Positions 60,376 to 64,000 of a stretch of DNA of 64,000 nucleotides are shown piece by piece. Made by a program: the position numbers and the translations under genes. The notes under the pieces are model-generated. The model was not told the DNA's origin, did no database searches, and was given only the letters and a program-made list of their open reading frames with translations. This stretch comes from Actinomycetota bacterium (lineage in GTDB: Bacteria > Actinomycetota > Actinomycetes > S36-B12). The stretch is from the NCBI GenBank assembly GCA_009699015.1, contig WLOY01000003.1, positions 273 through 64,272 on the forward strand, written 5' to 3'. Within the stretch, counting starts at the first letter, position 1, and each line of letters opens with the position of its first letter.

Positions 60376-62088
60376 ATGACCGAGAAGGCCTGGATCATCG
60401 ACACCGAGCCGAGCAAGCGGTTCCCCGTCTTCACCCGACTGAACGCCGCCGACGTCATGCCCGAGCCGATCACCCCGCTCGGGGCCTCGATGTGCTGGAA
60501 GCCGATGGTGCTTCCGGGCTGGGCATCGGGCTATGTCCAGGATGCGTGCTTCACTGCCGATGAGATGGTCGAGGAGTCGGCGGTTGCCGGCTTCCTTTAC
60601 GGCTACCTGTACATCAACCAGAGCTCGGTTCGGGTCCTCGGCATTCGCAAGGGCATGACCTGGGAGCTCATCGACCAGATGTTCTTCAATTCCCCGGGTG
60701 CACCGGCGCATGCTGCCTCCGAGGCGGATGCGAACGAGGCGCTGTCAGCTGCTGCGCCGGCCCGGTCGGGCTGGGTGCTCACCACGACGAACTTCCCGGA
60801 GGTGGAGGAGGACGAGATCCTCGCCGACCGGATCCGCAATGAGCGCCCTAACCTCAAGGGCCTGAGCAACCGCGCGCTCATTGCCCGTGCCCGCTCGGTC
60901 ATGCCGTACGAGCGCCTCGCCTGGCGTTCGGAGCAGATGGGCTCCTCGAATGCCGCACTCGGCCCGGCTGTTGCCGGCATGATGCTCGGCGACAAGGCAC
61001 ACCTGCTCGTCTCGATCCTCGGCCAGGCCGGCGAGGTCGAGTCCGCTGCCCCGACGTATGCGCTCTGGGCGCTGTCGCGCACGCTGCGCGCGGATGCGAA
61101 GACGACGGCGCTGTTCGACCAGGGCCTCGCGGCCGTCGAGGCTGCCTACTCAAGCGCCTACGGCCAGTTCTGGTCGGAGTTCGGCGCCTTCATCTCGGAG
61201 TTCGGCTTCCGGGGCCCGAGCGAGTGGGACCTGGGGACCGACTCCTGGGAGTCCAAGCCCTCGCTCGCGCTGGCGCTCGTCGATCGCATGCGCCAACTCG
61301 GCGACGAGGATTCCCCGCATGCGAAGCAGGCTGCGCACGCCGGGGCGACCGACCGCGCGATGGCGGAGGCAACGTCCGGCATGGATGCGGCAACCGAGGC
61401 GGCATTCCGCGGCGCCATCGCCTCTGCACGCCGATTCGCCGGCTGGCGCGAGAGCGGCAAGTCCTCGTGCACGAAGATCATGAACGAGGCACGCATTGCG
61501 CTGCTCGAGCTGGGCTTCCGGCTCGAGGCTGACGGGGTCCTGGATCATGCCCGGCAGATCTTCATCGCACTCGATGAGGAGCTCGACGCCCTGGCGCTCG
61601 GTGGCACCCCAACGCTCAAGGCCACGATCCGCGAGCGCGAGAGCGCATGGAAGGAGCTGTGGAACCTCGAGGTGCCGATGTTCATCGATACCTCGAAGGG
61701 CATTCCGCCCATCTCGTCCCTGCCGCGCAAGGGCGACTCGCAGGTCGAGCGCGCATCGGTCGGGACCACGCTCACCGGCGCAGCCGCGTCGCAGGGCATC
61801 GTCGAGGGCAAGGTTCGCGTCGTCCTCGGCACCGACAGCATCTCGGACTTCCAGCCCGGCGAGATCCTTGTCGCGCCGCAGACCGACCCGTCATGGACCC
61901 CGTTGTTCATGGTGGCGAGCGGTGTCATCGTGAACACGGGCTCGATGGGCTCGCATGCGATGATCGTCGCCCGCGAGCTCGGGATCCCCTGCGTGGGAGG
62001 CATTCCCGGTGCCACGCAGATTCTCAAGACCGGCGATACCGTTCGCGTGAATGGCGCGACCGGCGTGGTAGAGGTTCTCGCGGTCTAG
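60376..62088 (+). CDS. PEP-utilising-enzyme mobile-domain protein, paralogue of 56449-58182
   Basis: 570 aa from ATG 60376, after a GAGAGGAAGAG RBS. WIIDTEPSKRFPVFTRLNAADVMPEPITPL at the N-terminus and GEILVAPQTDPSWTPLFMVASGVIVNTGSMGSHAMIVARELGIPCV at the C-terminus. Confidence 0.8.
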   Translation: MTEKAWIIDTEPSKRFPVFTRLNAADVMPEPITPLGASMCWKPMVLPGWASGYVQDACFTADEMVEESAVAGFLYGYLYINQSSVRVLGIRKGMTWELIDQMFFNSPGAPAHAASEADANEALSAAAPARSGWVLTTTNFPEVEEDEILADRIRNERPNLKGLSNRALIARARSVMPYERLAWRSEQMGSSNAALGPAVAGMMLGDKAHLLVSILGQAGEVESAAPTYALWALSRTLRADAKTTALFDQGLAAVEAAYSSAYGQFWSEFGAFISEFGFRGPSEWDLGTDSWESKPSLALALVDRMRQLGDEDSPHAKQAAHAGATDRAMAEATSGMDAATEAAFRGAIASARRFAGWRESGKSSCTKIMNEARIALLELGFRLEADGVLDHARQIFIALDEELDALALGGTPTLKATIRERESAWKELWNLEVPMFIDTSKGIPPISSLPRKGDSQVERASVGTTLTGAAASQGIVEGKVRVVLGTDSISDFQPGEILVAPQTDPSWTPLFMVASGVIVNTGSMGSHAMIVARELGIPCVGGIPGATQILKTGDTVRVNGATGVVEVLAV

Positions 62089-62095
62089 TCATGGC

Positions 62096-62140
62096 GATGA
62101 GGCGGGGCGGGCGTGAGTAGCCCGCCCCGCCTCATCTTTG
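62096..62140. terminator. Bidirectional intrinsic terminator-like hairpin between convergent genes
   Basis: GATGAGGCGGGGCGGGC (62096-62112), loop gtgagta, then GCCCGCCCCGCCTCATC (62120-62136). This is a perfect 17-bp GC-rich stem followed by TTTG. Confidence 0.75.
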
Positions 62141-62144
62141 CGTT

Positions 62145-64000
62145 CTAGAGCAGCATCGCGAGCTCGAATGCCTGACGTGTCGCAAAGGTCATCCGTCGAG
62201 GCGCGAATGCGTCGCCGAGCAGGTGCACCCTCGGATGATGCGGCAGCACGGCGCGGTAGAGAGCGTCGTTTCCGATGCCCCCGGTCACGAGGACGACCGA
62301 GTCGATGCCGTCGACCGTGAAGCGGCGGCCGCTGTAGGAGTGGGCGAAGTCAACCCGATCAGGGTGGATCTCGACGGCCCGGGCATTCTGCAGGATCTGC
62401 ACCCCCCCGTTGTCGAGGCTGGCGAGCATCGCCCCGATCGAGTACTTCCCGACGAGCGGCGAAGGCCCGGGGGTGCGGAAGGCGAGGGTGACCTCGTGGC
62501 CCAGCGACGCGAGGTGGTCGGACACCGACAGGGGTGCCGGTCCGTCGTCTTCCGCGATGACGAGCACGCGCGCCCCGAGCGGACGCGCTGCACCGAGGAT
62601 CACGGCGTCGGCGCCGGCCACGTGCGGAAGGTACTCGCCGGGGATCCCGGGATGGCGGCCTCGGGCACCGGTCGCGAAGGCGATGACATCGGCGCCGGAG
62701 TCGAGCACGCTGCGCGCCTCGGCCCGTCGCCCGAGATACGTCGGCACGTCGAGGTCGGCGAGCCGGCGGGTCGACCAGTCGATCCAGTCCTGGTACGGGG
62801 CGTTCGAGCGAAGCTGCGCCGCGATCGCGAATCGGCCGCCAAGCTCGGACTTCGCCTCCCACAGGGTCACCCGGTGCCCTCGCTCAGCGGCTGTCGCGGC
62901 GAGTTCCATGCCGGCCGGGCCGCCGCCGATGACGAGCAGGCTCACGGGGACTTCAGCGGCTTCGATCGGTGGCTTGCTCTCCCGCCCCGCCTGCGGGTTG
63001 GTGCCGCATCCGAATCCGAGCCCCTCGAGGGTGTAGCGGTGGATGCAGTCGTTGAGCGCGATGCACGGGCGCACGCTCTCGCCCTGGCCCGCGAGGTTCT
63101 TCGTGAGCCACAGCGGGTCGGCGATGAGCGCGCGGACGAGTCCGACCATGTCGGCCTGACCGCTCGCGATGATGCGCTCGGCCGTCTCGGCATGGACGAC
63201 CCTGCCGACGTAGAGGACGGGCAGGCTCGTCGCCTCCTTGGCCTCGCCGCACATCTTGGCCCAGTGGCCCTCCGGGTACATGCCGTGCTGAATGTAGGAC
63301 ACCGGCCCCCAGTTGCCGCCGACATCGAGGTTGAAGAAGTCGATGGTGCCGTCGGCCTCGAAGGACTGCATGAACCGCATGCACTCGTCGATCTCGTAGC
63401 CGCCGTCCATGTACTGATCCATGGCGAGGCGAAGGCCCAGGGTGATGGGCCGTCCCACCCGCTCGCGGATGCCGTCGACGATGCGGCGCAGGCAGCGCAG
63501 CCGGTTCTCGTAGGAGCCGCCGAACTCATCGACGCGCTTGTTCGTGAGGGGGGAAAGGAACCACTCGACCATGTCGTCGTGATTGGCGTGGATCTCGATC
63601 GAGTCGACGCCCGCATCGGCTGCAATGGCGGCAGACTCGACGTACTCGCTGATGATCCACTCGATCTCGGCGTGGCGGAGGACGTGGACGCCGCGGTGAT
63701 CGAGGTTGCCGGAGAACGTCGATGACGGTGCACTCGGCATGCCGCCCTGCTGCACCAGCTGGATGCCGAGGTAGGCGCCCTTCGCGTGGACCCGGTCGGC
63801 GAAGGAGCCCATTCGGTCGTGGAACCTCGGGTGCCGGAAGATGCCGGCCTCCTTGCCTAGGGCGCCCACGCCGGTGGGCTCGAAGCCGGGGATGTGCACG
63901 TGCTTGACGTGCCCCGTGGGGCCGCCGATCCAGGCGAAGCCGTCGTCGACCCTTGCCATCCAGTAGTTGACGAGGTCCTCGAAGCGGGAGTCGTCGGCGG
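62145..64000 (-). CDS. Old-yellow-enzyme-type NADH:flavin oxidoreductase fused to an FAD/NAD(P)-binding domain (2,4-dienoyl-CoA-reductase-like); 5' end beyond window
   Basis: OYE TIM-barrel blocks (GIQLVQQGG, DSIEIHANHDD, RLAMDQY) are followed by a GGGPAGME dinucleotide-binding motif. The frame stays open upstream of Met 63959 (...ADDSRFEDLVNYW) to the window edge. Confidence 0.85.
   Translation of the reverse strand, partial: ADDSRFEDLVNYWMARVDDGFAWIGGPTGHVKHVHIPGFEPTGVGALGKEAGIFRHPRFHDRMGSFADRVHAKGAYLGIQLVQQGGMPSAPSSTFSGNLDHRGVHVLRHAEIEWIISEYVESAAIAADAGVDSIEIHANHDDMVEWFLSPLTNKRVDEFGGSYENRLRCLRRIVDGIRERVGRPITLGLRLAMDQYMDGGYEIDECMRFMQSFEADGTIDFFNLDVGGNWGPVSYIQHGMYPEGHWAKMCGEAKEATSLPVLYVGRVVHAETAERIIASGQADMVGLVRALIADPLWLTKNLAGQGESVRPCIALNDCIHRYTLEGLGFGCGTNPQAGRESKPPIEAAEVPVSLLVIGGGPAGMELAATAAERGHRVTLWEAKSELGGRFAIAAQLRSNAPYQDWIDWSTRRLADLDVPTYLGRRAEARSVLDSGADVIAFATGARGRHPGIPGEYLPHVAGADAVILGAARPLGARVLVIAEDDGPAPLSVSDHLASLGHEVTLAFRTPGPSPLVGKYSIGAMLASLDNGGVQILQNARAVEIHPDRVDFAHSYSGRRFTVDGIDSVVLVTGGIGNDALYRAVLPHHPRVHLLGDAFAPRRMTFATRQAFELAMLL

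Overview
This is a high-GC actinobacterial chromosomal segment with about 66 protein-coding genes. I found no rRNA, tRNA, CRISPR array, transposase or integrase. Positions 1-3131 hold the 3' end of the F1 ATP synthase operon (atpA fragment, atpG, atpD, atpC). The backbone follows the conserved Mycobacterium-type order: atp, PduO-type adenosyltransferase, murA, nucS, methylmalonyl-CoA epimerase, thioredoxin/TPR protein, glgB-glgE, glgP. Several modules interrupt it. (i) A lower-GC Phd/RelE-like toxin-antitoxin pair at 3.2-4.1 kb looks frame-disrupted. (ii) A branched-chain or steroid-type beta-oxidation module at 4.2-10.5 kb carries a crotonase, an alpha/beta acyl-CoA dehydrogenase pair, the Mcr racemase, an HSD10-like dehydrogenase and a thiolase. 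(iii) Further inserts are a tandem-duplicated 3-hydroxyacyl-CoA dehydrogenase, two hydrolases and an acyltransferase-3/SGNH protein. (iv) An Rrf2 regulator sits next to a NitT/TauT-type ABC importer whose ATPase gene carries an out-of-frame internal deletion. From 35.5 kb to the end lies a roughly 28 kb accessory redox and lipid-catabolic island. It contains crotonases, seven SDRs, two LLM-class (probably F420-dependent) oxidoreductases, acyl-CoA dehydrogenase and ligase genes, a ferredoxin, SnoaL-like proteins, ThuA-like and TIM-barrel proteins, a PPOX protein and an OYE-type reductase. The most unusual coding content is at 56.4-62.1 kb. Two paralogous PEP-utilising swivel-histidine proteins without a recognisable ATP-grasp domain bracket a histidine phosphatase and a stand-alone Rieske oxygenase. 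The most unusual non-coding content is a ~55-nt element with conserved architecture, present upstream of murA (as a 73-nt composite hairpin) and inverted downstream of glgB. There are also several short tandem repeats, and three convergent gene pairs whose stop codons overlap on the palindrome CTAG. All functional calls come from reading the translated ORFs and motifs. No database search was run.
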